Assembly (NCBI GenBank): GCA_947167345.1
Contig: CAMVHR010000004.1
Span: forward strand, 41,793 to 105,792
Source of the DNA: an uncultured Treponema sp.
Lineage (GTDB): Bacteria; Spirochaetota; Spirochaetia; Treponematales; Treponemataceae
DNA length: 64,000 bases
Direction of reading: 5' to 3'
Shown here: positions 38,462-48,092 of the stretch, piece after piece
How positions within the stretch are numbered: position 1 is the first letter of the stretch
Layout of the letters: the number at the start of each line of letters is the position of its first letter
The notes under the pieces: model-generated
What the model saw: the letters and a program-made list of their open reading frames with translations, nothing else
What the model was told of the DNA's origin: nothing
Database searches by the model: none
Program-made: the position numbers and the translations under genes

Positions 38462-39505
38462 ATGAAAAAATTTTTTATCGTTTTTGTATCGGCTCTTTTT
38501 GTGGCACTAGCCCTAACGGGATGCGGCAAAAAAACAAAGGGAAAGGGTGTTGTAAACCTTTTTACATGGCAGGAATATGTTCCAGATGTTAATGTTGCTG
38601 CTTTTGAAAAGGCAACAGGCATAAAAGTCAATTACACTTACTTTTCTACAAATGAAGAAATGCTTGCCAAACTTGAAGCCGTAAATGGAGGACAGTACGA
38701 TGTTGTAATTTGCGGTGACTATATCATTGACATCATGAATGAAAAAGGCAATTTGCTTAAGAAACTCGATGTTTCCAAAATTCCTAATTATGACTCAATA
38801 GATCCTGTGTTCCAGAACAAATTCTTTGATCCCGAAAACAAGTACACTGTTCCGTATGCAGTAATGTTTCCTGCAGTCCTTTATAATCCAAAAGAGATAT
38901 CATTAACGTTTGACAGTCTTTCTGACCTTGCCGATCCTTCTCTTGAAAACAATGTCGTAATTACAGATGATCCTCGTGCAAATATTGGACTTGCCCTTTC
39001 TGTAAACGGATATTCGTATAATGAGAAAGACACTTCTCGCCTTTCTGAAGCACAGGCATGGCTTCGTACATTCAGAAAGAATGTAAAGGCATTCAGCACT
39101 GATGATCCTGAAGGTTTTGTTGTTAATGGCGAAGCGGCTGTGTGCTATGCAAATGCTTCTCAATGCAAGGCAGGTGTTTTCAGAGATAGTTCTCTTGATT
39201 TGAAAATAGCATATCCTTCAGGAATATTCAGCCAGCAGGACAATTACATCATTCCTGCAAATGCTCCAAATGAGGATAATGCATACGCCCTCATAAATTT
39301 TCTTTTGTCAGAGGAAAGCGTAAGGAATATGGAATTGAACACTTATTATCAGAACTGCAGCAAACATGCAAAATCCGTATTGTCAAAAGAAGAACTTGAA
39401 ACTGTTGCCATTGCTCCGGAAGGTCTTCTTGATTCTGTAGAATCAATTGAAAATGTAGGAACTGTCACAGAAGTCTATGACAGAATATGGACAGAATTTA
39501 AATAA
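38462..39505 (+). CDS. ABC substrate-binding lipoprotein, PotD-like
   Basis: Lipobox LTGC; FTWQEYV, NEEMLAKL, YDVV. Confidence 0.88.
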   Translation: MKKFFIVFVSALFVALALTGCGKKTKGKGVVNLFTWQEYVPDVNVAAFEKATGIKVNYTYFSTNEEMLAKLEAVNGGQYDVVICGDYIIDIMNEKGNLLKKLDVSKIPNYDSIDPVFQNKFFDPENKYTVPYAVMFPAVLYNPKEISLTFDSLSDLADPSLENNVVITDDPRANIGLALSVNGYSYNEKDTSRLSEAQAWLRTFRKNVKAFSTDDPEGFVVNGEAAVCYANASQCKAGVFRDSSLDLKIAYPSGIFSQQDNYIIPANAPNEDNAYALINFLLSEESVRNMELNTYYQNCSKHAKSVLSKEELETVAIAPEGLLDSVESIENVGTVTEVYDRIWTEFK

Positions 39506-39513
39506 ACGCTTTT

Positions 39514-40893
39514 ATGGGAAAGGGAAAAATAATAAAAAATGCATCTGTAATAGATCCTGAAAAATGTGAGCAGTTTTCAGGGAGCGTCCTCATTGAAAAC
39601 GACTGCATAAAGGAAATTATTCGCGGAACTTGCATTCCCAATTCTGTTGACGGATTTGAAATCTATGATGCACAGGGACATGTATTAGTGCCCGGCATCA
39701 TTGATGTTCATGCACATACTGACGGCTACTATTTTTGTGGTGAGAAGGAGCTTGCACAGGGGGTGACTACAGTTGCCGTAGGCAATTGCGGCATAAGCCC
39801 TTCCTGCGCATCGTCAATAAAAGAATTTTACCGTTTGCAGGAAGAAAAAGGTTTTAACATAAATCAAACTTCTTTTACAGGTCATTCTTTTACCCTTCGG
39901 GAAAAGGCTGGTGTATTAGACTGTTACGCAGGTGCCACTCAGTCTCAAATTGATGCAATGAAGGACTTTGCGCGTAAAGATCTTCTTGATGGAGCATGCG
40001 GAATTTCGTTTGGCATTCAATATGCGCCTGAAACTACCACCGATGAATTTATGCAGGTTGCAAGAATCGCTGCCGAAGAAGGAAAGCCTGTTGCTGTCCA
40101 TACGAGATTGAATTTTCCAAATGACTGGCAATCTCTAAAAGAGACTCTCGACGTTGCCAAAAATACAGGTGCAGACGTTATTGTCTCACACCTGTCATAC
40201 ATGTTTGCAGATGGGCAAATGGACAGATGCCTTGATATGATTGCAGATTATCAGGCAAAGGGGTTCCGCATTTGGGCCGACAGCGGCATGTATACAGCTT
40301 TCAACACAATGGCAGGCTCTACATGCTATGATCAGGATCAGATAGATGCAAATCACTGGGATTACAGCCAGTTCGTTGCTGCAAATGGCATGTTTTGTGG
40401 ACAGCATTTGGATAAAGAAAAATTTGAATACATCAGGAAGAACGATCCTGACTGCTGCATAATTTGCTTTACAGGTGTTGAGGATGACATTTACAAGGCT
40501 CTGGCTTTTCCTGATGTGATGGTATCGTCGGACAGTGGAAGGGCTTTGCCGGGTCAGGGGCATCCTCAGGACGCTGCTGTCTTTGCAAGGTTCTTTAGGA
40601 TTATGGTTCGTGAAAAAAAATTGCTGTCTTTGACGGAAGCCGTCCGAAGGTGTACGTATATTCCTGCCAAAGTTCTTCAGCTGAATGATCGTGGAAGACT
40701 GTGCAAGGGGGCTAAAGCCGATTTGCTTGTGTTTAATCCTGAAACAATCAAGGAAAATGCGGATTTTCCTGGTTGTGGCAATCCAGACCTTCCCCCTGAT
40801 GGAATAGATTTTGTATTTGTAAACGGAATGTGTGCCATAAAAGATGGAAAACGGATGCCTGAATGTAATGCGGGAAAAATTATAAGGATATAG
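39514..40893 (+). CDS. Amidohydrolase, N-acyl-D-amino-acid deacylase / dihydroorotase-like
   Basis: PGIIDVHAH, GVTTVAVGNCG, SSDSG, G...ADLLVF. Confidence 0.82.
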   Translation: MGKGKIIKNASVIDPEKCEQFSGSVLIENDCIKEIIRGTCIPNSVDGFEIYDAQGHVLVPGIIDVHAHTDGYYFCGEKELAQGVTTVAVGNCGISPSCASSIKEFYRLQEEKGFNINQTSFTGHSFTLREKAGVLDCYAGATQSQIDAMKDFARKDLLDGACGISFGIQYAPETTTDEFMQVARIAAEEGKPVAVHTRLNFPNDWQSLKETLDVAKNTGADVIVSHLSYMFADGQMDRCLDMIADYQAKGFRIWADSGMYTAFNTMAGSTCYDQDQIDANHWDYSQFVAANGMFCGQHLDKEKFEYIRKNDPDCCIICFTGVEDDIYKALAFPDVMVSSDSGRALPGQGHPQDAAVFARFFRIMVREKKLLSLTEAVRRCTYIPAKVLQLNDRGRLCKGAKADLLVFNPETIKENADFPGCGNPDLPPDGIDFVFVNGMCAIKDGKRMPECNAGKIIRI

Positions 40894-40959
40894 CAAGCCT
40901 GTCGGTAACCTTGTGTTTTTCATGCAGCAAAAAGGATGCAGTGCAGCTTTCTGATCGGC

Positions 40960-41069
40960 CGTAAAGGCATAGCTTTTCGAGCGTAAATGATTTGCTTTTC
41001 GGACGTAACGGTTTTGCTCTTCGACCGTAAAAGATTTGCTTTCCGTCCGTAAATGTTTTGTTTTCCATG
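40960..41069. repeat. Degenerate 22-bp tandem repeat, 5 units
   Basis: CGTAA(A/C) at 40960, 40982, 41004, 41026, 41048; consensus approx. CGTAAA-NGNTTTGCTTTTCGNN. Confidence 0.88.
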
Positions 41070-41230
41070 GGGATTTAGATGGAATCGGAGGCCATGTCGC
41101 CTAGTCGAGAGTCTGTAATTTGCATATATATTTAAAATTCTGTATATTTATGCAATTTTTATACTTTACTAAATAAGAATAATCCGATATTATGCACATT
41201 AGCTTAAAAATTCATATTCTGGAGGTTAAT

Positions 41231-42373
41231 ATGAAAAAACTTTTTAAGGATGCTGCTGCTTTGGCTGTAATTGCAGCTTCTTTGTTCATGATCGGTTGTT
41301 CTTCTAAAAAGAGCGATTCAATCAAGATTGGCGGCATTGCTCCTCTTTCTGGTGGCGTTGCTGTTTATGGTGTTGAGTGCAAGAACGGTATTGACCTTGC
41401 CGTTGCAGAAATTAACGCAGCTGGCGGAATTAATGGAAAGAATATTGATTTCATCTGTGAAGATGACGAAGGTGATCCTGCAAAATCTGTAAACGCATAT
41501 AAGAAACTTACAACACAGAACGGAATCCGCATGATAATCGGTTCCCTTACATCTGGCTGTACGCTTGCAATTACAAACCTTGCTCAGTCAAACGGAGTTG
41601 TTCAGCTTGCTCCTGCTGCAACAGCAGTTGCAATTACTGATGCCGGAAACTACATCTTCCGCGCATGTTATACAGACCCATTCCAGGGAAAAGTTGGCGG
41701 TAAATTTGCTGCTGAAAATCTTGGCGCAAAGACAGCTGCCATTCTTTATGACATTCAGAATGACTACTCTGTAGGTTTGACAGACAACTTTGTAGAAAAG
41801 TTTACATCTTTGGGTGGTAGCATTGTTGCAAAAGAATCATACAGCACAGACGATAAAGACTTTAACGCACAGCTTACAAAGATTAAGAATGCAAATCCTG
41901 AAGTTGTTTATCTTCCAGACTACTATGGTACAGTAGCTTTGATTGCAAAGCAGCTTCGTGCACAGGGCATTGAAGTACCTATCATCGGTGCAGACGGATG
42001 GGATGGCCTTACAAACAATGCCGGTGATGAAGTTCTTAACGGATACTATTCAAACCACTATGCAACAGACAGCGATAGCCCTGCTGTACAGAAGTTTGTT
42101 TCATCATTTGAAGAAAAATACAAGAAGGCTCCGAATGCTTTTGCCGCACTCGGATATGACTGTGTATACATGCTCCGCGATGCAATCGTAAAGGCTGGCT
42201 CAACTGATGCAGCAAAAGTTCGTGAAGCTCTTGAAGCTACGAACGGCGATTATGTAACAGGTCACCTTACATTTGACCAGCAGCACAACCCTGTTAAGTC
42301 TGCCGTAATGATCAAGCTTGTAAAAGACGGTAATGGACTTGGTACAAAATTCGAGGCAACTGTTAATCCATAA
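41231..42373 (+). CDS. Branched-chain amino acid ABC substrate-binding lipoprotein (LivK-like), orphan
   Basis: Lipobox MIGC; IKIG.IAPLSG..A.YG, DDEG, AALGYD; GGAGG SD before 41231. Confidence 0.9.
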   Translation: MKKLFKDAAALAVIAASLFMIGCSSKKSDSIKIGGIAPLSGGVAVYGVECKNGIDLAVAEINAAGGINGKNIDFICEDDEGDPAKSVNAYKKLTTQNGIRMIIGSLTSGCTLAITNLAQSNGVVQLAPAATAVAITDAGNYIFRACYTDPFQGKVGGKFAAENLGAKTAAILYDIQNDYSVGLTDNFVEKFTSLGGSIVAKESYSTDDKDFNAQLTKIKNANPEVVYLPDYYGTVALIAKQLRAQGIEVPIIGADGWDGLTNNAGDEVLNGYYSNHYATDSDSPAVQKFVSSFEEKYKKAPNAFAALGYDCVYMLRDAIVKAGSTDAAKVREALEATNGDYVTGHLTFDQQHNPVKSAVMIKLVKDGNGLGTKFEATVNP

Positions 42374-42385
42374 TTATTTCTTTAT

Positions 42386-42430
42386 CCGCACAGCATTATG
42401 CTTTGCATTATGCCGTGCGGTTGATTTTTT
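42386..42430 (+). terminator. Intrinsic terminator after the LivK-like gene
   Basis: CCGCAC...GTGCGG imperfect hairpin followed by TTGATTTTTT. Confidence 0.65.
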
Positions 42431-42449
42431 GTATTGTTTTTTTTATACT
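42421..42449 (+). promoter_or_regulatory. Candidate promoter of the APE-like operon
   Basis: TTGATT-N17-TATACT, 10 nt upstream of the ACP ATG at 42460. Confidence 0.5.
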
Positions 42450-42459
42450 TGGTCTACTT

Positions 42460-42723
42460 ATGGATGAACTGAAGAAGGAAATAAAGGAAGTAATCATTTC
42501 TTCCCTGGAACTGGAAGACATAACTCCAGAAGATATTGATGACAGTGCACCCTTGTTTGGCGAAGGATTGGGGTTGGATTCCATTGATGCCCTTGAACTT
42601 GGTGTTGCATTAAAAAAGAATTTTGGAATAAAGTTTTCAAGTGAAAACAGTGACAACAAGCAGCATTTTGCCAGTGTAAATGCCCTTGCAGATTATATTA
42701 CGGCAGAAAGGGCAAAGGCTTAG
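42460..42723 (+). CDS. Acyl carrier protein 1 (ApeE-like)
   Basis: LFGEGLGLDSIDALEL with the phosphopantetheinylation Ser. Confidence 0.9.
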   Translation: MDELKKEIKEVIISSLELEDITPEDIDDSAPLFGEGLGLDSIDALELGVALKKNFGIKFSSENSDNKQHFASVNALADYITAERAKA

Positions 42724-42732
42724 GAGTTTATT

Positions 42733-42987
42733 GTGACAAAAGACGAAATTTTTACCAAGTTGAAAGATATTCTTGTAAAAGATTTTGAAGTTGAAGCTGA
42801 TAAAATTACTCCATCTGCCCTCCTTGTAGACGAATTAGACCTTGATTCAATTGATTTTGTCGATTTAGTCGTAAAAATGAAGGAATTCATTCCTGAGCGC
42901 ATAGACCCGGAAGTATTCAAGTCTGTAAAGACTGTGCAGGACGCTGTGGACAAGCTCGAACCTTACATCAACAGAAATTCTAAGTGA
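42733..42987 (+). CDS. Acyl carrier protein 2 (ApeF-like)
   Basis: ELDLDSIDFVDL; GTG start with AGGAG SD. Confidence 0.9.
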   Translation: MTKDEIFTKLKDILVKDFEVEADKITPSALLVDELDLDSIDFVDLVVKMKEFIPERIDPEVFKSVKTVQDAVDKLEPYINRNSK

Positions 42988-44942
42988 AAAAACTTCTAAA
43001 AGTTCTTTCATTCATACTGGCACTGCTGTATCCGTTTCTGGTATTCACTCTGCTGGTATTGCTCAAAGTTCCTGTCAGGGTTCTATCGTTGTTCATAATG
43101 GCAGCCGGATTTGCCCTTTTTTTGAGTATATGTGGCAGAAAAAAAGGATTCAGGTTGCGCCCTGTCATTTCTTCTGTACTTTTTATGATGGCAGGAATTG
43201 CCTGTTTTATTACAAATCAGGCTGTTTTCTTAAAACTGTATTCTGTTGCAATAAGCGCAACATTCCTTTTTGTCTTTGGCAGTACGCTTTTTTTTCCTCC
43301 TTCAATCATTTTCCGCTTTGCAACCCTTGCAGATAAGTCCATTATTGATTCTCCTCGTCAAAAGGCTGTAGAATCTTATTGTCGCAAAGTGTGCGTTGTC
43401 TGGTGCATTTTTTTTGTTGTAAACGGTTCTGTCGCGGCATTTACGGCATTGACATGCAGCTATGCAGTCTGGTCTCTGTATACAGGTCTTGTATCTTATT
43501 TGCTCATGGGAATGCTTTTTACCGTTGAATTTGTAATAAGGAGATTTGTTAATAAAAGAATGGAAAATATCTGTACGATTTCTACGTTCAGGGCTGATTC
43601 TCGCCCTGATGAATATGTTCTGTGCTACGAAAATGTGTGGTCACAAAAGACTTATAAGACATGGCTTGATTTTTTGCAGTGCACGGCAAAAATGCGCTCT
43701 GTGATTGAAAGCTATGATTCTACGGAATTTATTTTGCATTGCGAAGATTATTGGTATTTTCTTGTGTCGTTTGTTGCCCTTTTGCAATGCAAAAAAACAG
43801 TCCTTCTTACGCAGAACATTTCGGAATCTTTCATAAAAGAAATAAAAACTGATGATATTGTCTTTTTGACAGATCAGAATGCACCTGATTCCGTACACAT
43901 TCCGTCCGCAATTGAAAATTGCACTGAGCCGGAAGAAAAGCTTGTCCGCTGTGCGCCTGCAATCAATGCTGATGATACAAAAATCATCATGTATACATCC
44001 GGCAGCACTGGAAAGCCTAAAGGCGTTCGGCAGAGAATGACGGAATTTGAAAAGGACAATGCTTTCATCATTGAAAAATGGGGTTGTGAGTTTACAAAGC
44101 GCCGTCTTGTTACTACGGTAAGCCAGCATCACATTTATGGCTTTCTGTTTGGCATTGCGCTTCCTTTTGCTTTGGGCGTTCCTTTCCGCCGCACGAGGAT
44201 AGAGTTCCCTGAAGAGTTTGAGGGGCTGAGCGATTGTGAATACATGATCATTGCAACTCCTGCATTTTTAAAGCGTACTGTTGAGGTTGAGCAGAAACTT
44301 CCTCTCAAGAACTGTTTCATCTTTACAAGCGGTGGTGTTCTTACGCCTGAAGTAGCAGAAAGAACTTGTGAGGTATTCGGTTTTTGGCCAATGGAAGTGT
44401 ATGGTTCTACGGAAACAAGCGGAATTGCCTACAGACAGTCAAAGAATGGACTTGCGTGGACTCCTTTTGATAATGCTAAGGTCTGGAAGGGCGAGGATGG
44501 ATGTCTTGTAATTGTTTCTCCTTACATAAAAGATCCTGCTGGTTTTGCAACTGCCGATTTGGTAGATATCAATGACGACGGAACGTTCTTTTTGCGAGGC
44601 AGAATTGACTCTATTGTAAAGATTGAGGAAAAACGCATTTCCATGACAGAAGTTGAAAACCGCATTTTGCAGACAGGGCTTGTTGCGGATGTAAAGGTTG
44701 TTGCCATGGAAGACCGCAGACAGTACCTTGCGGCCGCTGTTGAGCTGAATGATGAGGGAAAAAAGAAATTTGCTGGTGAAAAGAAACTTGTTTTGAACAA
44801 TTATTTTCATGATTACCTTATGCAGTTCTTTGAAAATGTCGTCATTCCCAAGAAGTGGCGTTTTTTGGACAAAATTCCGACGGATGTTCAGGGAAAAAAG
44901 CACAAGGCCGAGATTATGGCTCTGTTTGAGGTTAAGGAATGA
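42984..44942 (+). CDS. Fusion: ApeG-like membrane protein plus ApeH-like acyl/aryl-AMP ligase
   Basis: About 190-aa multi-TM N-terminus (LYTGLVSYLLMGMLF.VEF), then YTSGSTGKPKG, QHHIYG, YGSTET, RGRIDSIVKIEEKRIS, GKK. Confidence 0.85.
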   Translation: MKKLLKVLSFILALLYPFLVFTLLVLLKVPVRVLSLFIMAAGFALFLSICGRKKGFRLRPVISSVLFMMAGIACFITNQAVFLKLYSVAISATFLFVFGSTLFFPPSIIFRFATLADKSIIDSPRQKAVESYCRKVCVVWCIFFVVNGSVAAFTALTCSYAVWSLYTGLVSYLLMGMLFTVEFVIRRFVNKRMENICTISTFRADSRPDEYVLCYENVWSQKTYKTWLDFLQCTAKMRSVIESYDSTEFILHCEDYWYFLVSFVALLQCKKTVLLTQNISESFIKEIKTDDIVFLTDQNAPDSVHIPSAIENCTEPEEKLVRCAPAINADDTKIIMYTSGSTGKPKGVRQRMTEFEKDNAFIIEKWGCEFTKRRLVTTVSQHHIYGFLFGIALPFALGVPFRRTRIEFPEEFEGLSDCEYMIIATPAFLKRTVEVEQKLPLKNCFIFTSGGVLTPEVAERTCEVFGFWPMEVYGSTETSGIAYRQSKNGLAWTPFDNAKVWKGEDGCLVIVSPYIKDPAGFATADLVDINDDGTFFLRGRIDSIVKIEEKRISMTEVENRILQTGLVADVKVVAMEDRRQYLAAAVELNDEGKKKFAGEKKLVLNNYFHDYLMQFFENVVIPKKWRFLDKIPTDVQGKKHKAEIMALFEVKE

Positions 44943-45316
44943 ACTTGGACAGCATAAAGGCCTTTAACGAGAATTATAATTTGCCTTGCGAAACGCTCAT
45001 TTCTCATGCAGAAGATAAGGTTTGTGTCAGCCTTTTTGTTCCTGCTGAATGCAGTTTTTTTGACGGGCATTTTCCAGAATTCAAACTGCTTCCTGCTGTA
45101 GGGCAGTTTTCCATTGTCAGCCATCTTGCGTCTAAGTATTTGGGGCTGGCGGAAAACGTATCCAAAATAAAACGCATGAAGTTTTCTGCTCCTGTTACAC
45201 CAGATACAACAGTAAAAATTGAGCTTGAAGCTGACAGAAAAAGAAAAGAGGTTTCTTTCCTTATAACAGATGCAGATGATAGTGCTGTTGTATATTCTTC
45301 GGGTAAATTTGCATGA
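44939..45316 (+). CDS. FabA/Z-like hot-dog dehydratase (ApeI-like)
   Basis: FFDGHFPEFKLLPAVGQ; MKFSAPVTP. Confidence 0.85.
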   Translation: MNLDSIKAFNENYNLPCETLISHAEDKVCVSLFVPAECSFFDGHFPEFKLLPAVGQFSIVSHLASKYLGLAENVSKIKRMKFSAPVTPDTTVKIELEADRKRKEVSFLITDADDSAVVYSSGKFA

Positions 45317-46998
45317 AAGCTGTATTCGTCATTCCTGTATATAATCATGGCTCAACCCTTGAAACTGTAGTGCAAGGCCTTTTGCAGTACAAAATTCCTG
45401 TTATTGTTGTTGATGACGGCAATAATCAGGAGCAGAAAATGCTTATTGCTTGTGTTGCTCAAAATCATCCACAGGACGTTATCCTTGTCACTCGCAAAAA
45501 AAACGGGGGCAAAGGACGTGCCATGAATGACGGCGTGCGCAAGGCTGCGGAGTTAGGTTTTTCTCATGTATTTCAGGTTGATGCTGATGGGCAGCATGAT
45601 GTTTCTGTGTGTTCTTTGTTTTTGCAGGAGGCTGAAAAGACTCCTGAAGACATTATCTGCGGCTATCCTTTGTATGACGAGTCTGTTCCCGAATCTAGAA
45701 AAAAAGGAAGGGAGTTTTCCAATGCATGGGCACGTTTTGTCACTATGAACCGCGACATAAAAGATGTCCTTTGCGGTTTTCGGGTGTATCCTGTTGCACC
45801 GTACATGGAACTACTTGACCGTCATGCTGTAATCAACAGTCACATGGGCTATGATACCGATATTCTTGTGCATTTGAGCTGGAAAGGTTTAAAAATCCGT
45901 TCTTTCGGAGTTCCTGTCACTTATCCTGCGGACGGAATTTCCAACTTTAGGATGGTACGTGACAATATTCACATATCTTTAACTTATGCAAGGCTTTGTG
46001 CCGGCATGATTGTCCGTCTGCCTATGCTTATCGCTCGAAAAAGCGAAAGCCCCCTTGAAAACCTGCACTGGTCAAAGCGGAAGGAAGTTGTAAAAACAAA
46101 TCGTCCGATTAAGTTTCTTGTATTTCTGGTAAAAATAATACCGTTGCCAGTCCTTGCTTTTTTTACTATTTTTGTAAGTTTCTTCTATTATGTTGCTTCA
46201 AAGCAGGCGCGCTTATATTGCCGTCAGTATCAGAATCAGCTTTTTGCTTTTACAGGGCAGAAACACAGGCGTGTAAACACTTTTGCCCAGATATATTCAT
46301 TTTCGCTGACTATTGTTGAAAAAATTTCTGCGTGGAGTGAAAAGATTCACCTTAGAAGCATTGAATTTCAAGATGATGACGTATCTGATTTGAAAAAAGT
46401 TCTAGGCGAAGGAAAAGGTGCGTATATCTTTACGTCTCATCTTGGAAATACAGAACTTTTGCGCTGTCTTGCTACATTGAATGAGACTGGCGTAAACAGA
46501 AACATTCCTGTTACAGCCGTAATGGATATTGGTGCTTCTCAGTTTAATAAGACTCTTAAGGAAATTAACCCGAATTCTGCAGTTCATCTTGTAAATTCTT
46601 CAGAAATCGGCATAGAAACCATTGAATTACTGCAAAATTCGGTAAATGCAGGTGGACTTGTGGTGATTGGGGCAGACAGAACATCTCCTGATTCTCCAGA
46701 AAGAACGCTTTCGTGTGAATTTTTGGGTAAAAAGGCTTTGTATCCCTATGGTTCTTTCCTTCTTGCCTTTTTGCTGGAGGCACCTGTTTATTTTGTTTTT
46801 GCCCTTCGTAAAAAAACTTTTATGCTTCGTCCTAAATATGCCATGTATGTGCAGAAGGCAAAGACTCTTCTGTCATCAGGTAGAAAAGACAGGGCTTTGA
46901 AAATTGAAGAATTGTGCAGTGAATTTGTAAAAATCCTGCAAAAGCTCTGTATTTTGTATCCTTATCAATGGTATAATTTTTATAATTATTGGCAGTGA
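45313..46998 (+). CDS. GT2 glycosyltransferase fused to LpxL-like acyltransferase (ApeJ-like)
   Basis: IPVYNH, VDDG, QVDADGQH, GFRVYP; C-terminal SHLGNTE and YPYQWYNFYNYW. Confidence 0.88.
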   Translation: MKAVFVIPVYNHGSTLETVVQGLLQYKIPVIVVDDGNNQEQKMLIACVAQNHPQDVILVTRKKNGGKGRAMNDGVRKAAELGFSHVFQVDADGQHDVSVCSLFLQEAEKTPEDIICGYPLYDESVPESRKKGREFSNAWARFVTMNRDIKDVLCGFRVYPVAPYMELLDRHAVINSHMGYDTDILVHLSWKGLKIRSFGVPVTYPADGISNFRMVRDNIHISLTYARLCAGMIVRLPMLIARKSESPLENLHWSKRKEVVKTNRPIKFLVFLVKIIPLPVLAFFTIFVSFFYYVASKQARLYCRQYQNQLFAFTGQKHRRVNTFAQIYSFSLTIVEKISAWSEKIHLRSIEFQDDDVSDLKKVLGEGKGAYIFTSHLGNTELLRCLATLNETGVNRNIPVTAVMDIGASQFNKTLKEINPNSAVHLVNSSEIGIETIELLQNSVNAGGLVVIGADRTSPDSPERTLSCEFLGKKALYPYGSFLLAFLLEAPVYFVFALRKKTFMLRPKYAMYVQKAKTLLSSGRKDRALKIEELCSEFVKILQKLCILYPYQWYNFYNYWQ

Positions 46999-47008
46999 GG
47001 TATGCATT

Positions 47009-47449
47009 ATGAAATCATCGATGGGTAAGGCTGTTTTAACGAATCAGCTTGTATTTCCTGTAGAATTTTATGATGTAGACTCAATGCGGATTGTCTGGCA
47101 TGGCAATTATGTTCAGTTTATGGAAAGAGCCAGGTGTGCCCTTCTGAACATGATTGGTTTTAACTATATAGACATGGAGAATGCAGGTGTTGAGTTTCCT
47201 GTTGTGGATGTGCGGGTAAAATATCTGCGTTCCTTGCATTTTGGAGAGACTGTAAGAGCTGTTGCCGGTTTGACTGAATACGAAAACTGCATTAAGATTG
47301 CTTACGAATTCTATAACAACGATACCGGAGAGCTTACGACAATTGCTGAAAGCACACAGATGGCTGTAAATATGCAGTCTGGGCAGACTTTGTTTGCCAG
47401 TCCTGATATATTTATAGAGAAGGTGAATGCTTTGCGGCAGAAAAACTGA
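47009..47449 (+). CDS. Thioesterase, YbgC/4HBT-like (ApeK-like)
   Basis: FYDVDSMRIVWHGNYVQFMERAR. Confidence 0.88.
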   Translation: MKSSMGKAVLTNQLVFPVEFYDVDSMRIVWHGNYVQFMERARCALLNMIGFNYIDMENAGVEFPVVDVRVKYLRSLHFGETVRAVAGLTEYENCIKIAYEFYNNDTGELTTIAESTQMAVNMQSGQTLFASPDIFIEKVNALRQKN

Positions 47450-47462
47450 TGGAGGCAAAATC

Positions 47463-48092
47463 ATGAAGAATATATTCTTTTATGCTGTTTTTCTTTTTTG
47501 CACAGTTTTATTGCATTCTCAGGGAAGAAATGTACAGTTTGATTCTGTATGCCACGGATTAACAGCTCACGCCGTTACAAGTGGCAATTTTACACAGGTA
47601 AAACGTTCTCCTTCAATGAACAGGGAATTGAAATCTTCAGGTGACTATATTTTTTCTAGTGAAGGAATTGTGTGGAATACGCAGCGTCCTTTTTCTTCTG
47701 TTCTGGCAGTTACAAATTCTTCAATAATACAGACTTTGCCTGATGGTACGTCATCCGTAATAGACGGTTCGGACAATCAGGTCTTTACAAATATAGCAGG
47801 TTCCCTTTCTTCACTGTTTTCGGGCAACAGGGATTTACTTGAAAGCAATTTTCACGTAAAGTTTTTGAGTACGTCTTCATCTTGGAAAATGATTTTAAAT
47901 CCGAAAGATGCTACTATTGCAAGTGCCCTACAGTCTATCGTCCTTACGGGAAAGAGCATTTCTGAACAGGCTTCTCTTGATTCAATGCTCATTGAAGAAG
48001 TTAGTGGCAATTCTGTATATTATGCATTTAAAAATCAAGTGTACAAAGAGGAACTTTCTGATGCCGAAAAAGCGTTCTTCAGCGCAAAATAA
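47463..48092 (+). CDS. LolA-like outer-membrane lipoprotein carrier (ApeL-like)
   Basis: Signal peptide; GNFTQVK...SSG..IF....GIVWNTQRPF. Confidence 0.8.
   Translation: MKNIFFYAVFLFCTVLLHSQGRNVQFDSVCHGLTAHAVTSGNFTQVKRSPSMNRELKSSGDYIFSSEGIVWNTQRPFSSVLAVTNSSIIQTLPDGTSSVIDGSDNQVFTNIAGSLSSLFSGNRDLLESNFHVKFLSTSSSWKMILNPKDATIASALQSIVLTGKSISEQASLDSMLIEEVSGNSVYYAFKNQVYKEELSDAEKAFFSAK

Noticed and set aside
40880-41068. 62-aa minus-strand ORF across the 22-bp array
   Set aside because: Period is not a multiple of 3, no SD, no recognisable motif, and it overlaps the hydrolase end; probably a by-product of the repeat
41119-41156. Third ARG-box-like pair upstream of the LivK-like gene
   Set aside because: Only the outer half-sites match (TGCAT and ATGCA); inner halves are poor in an AT-rich context
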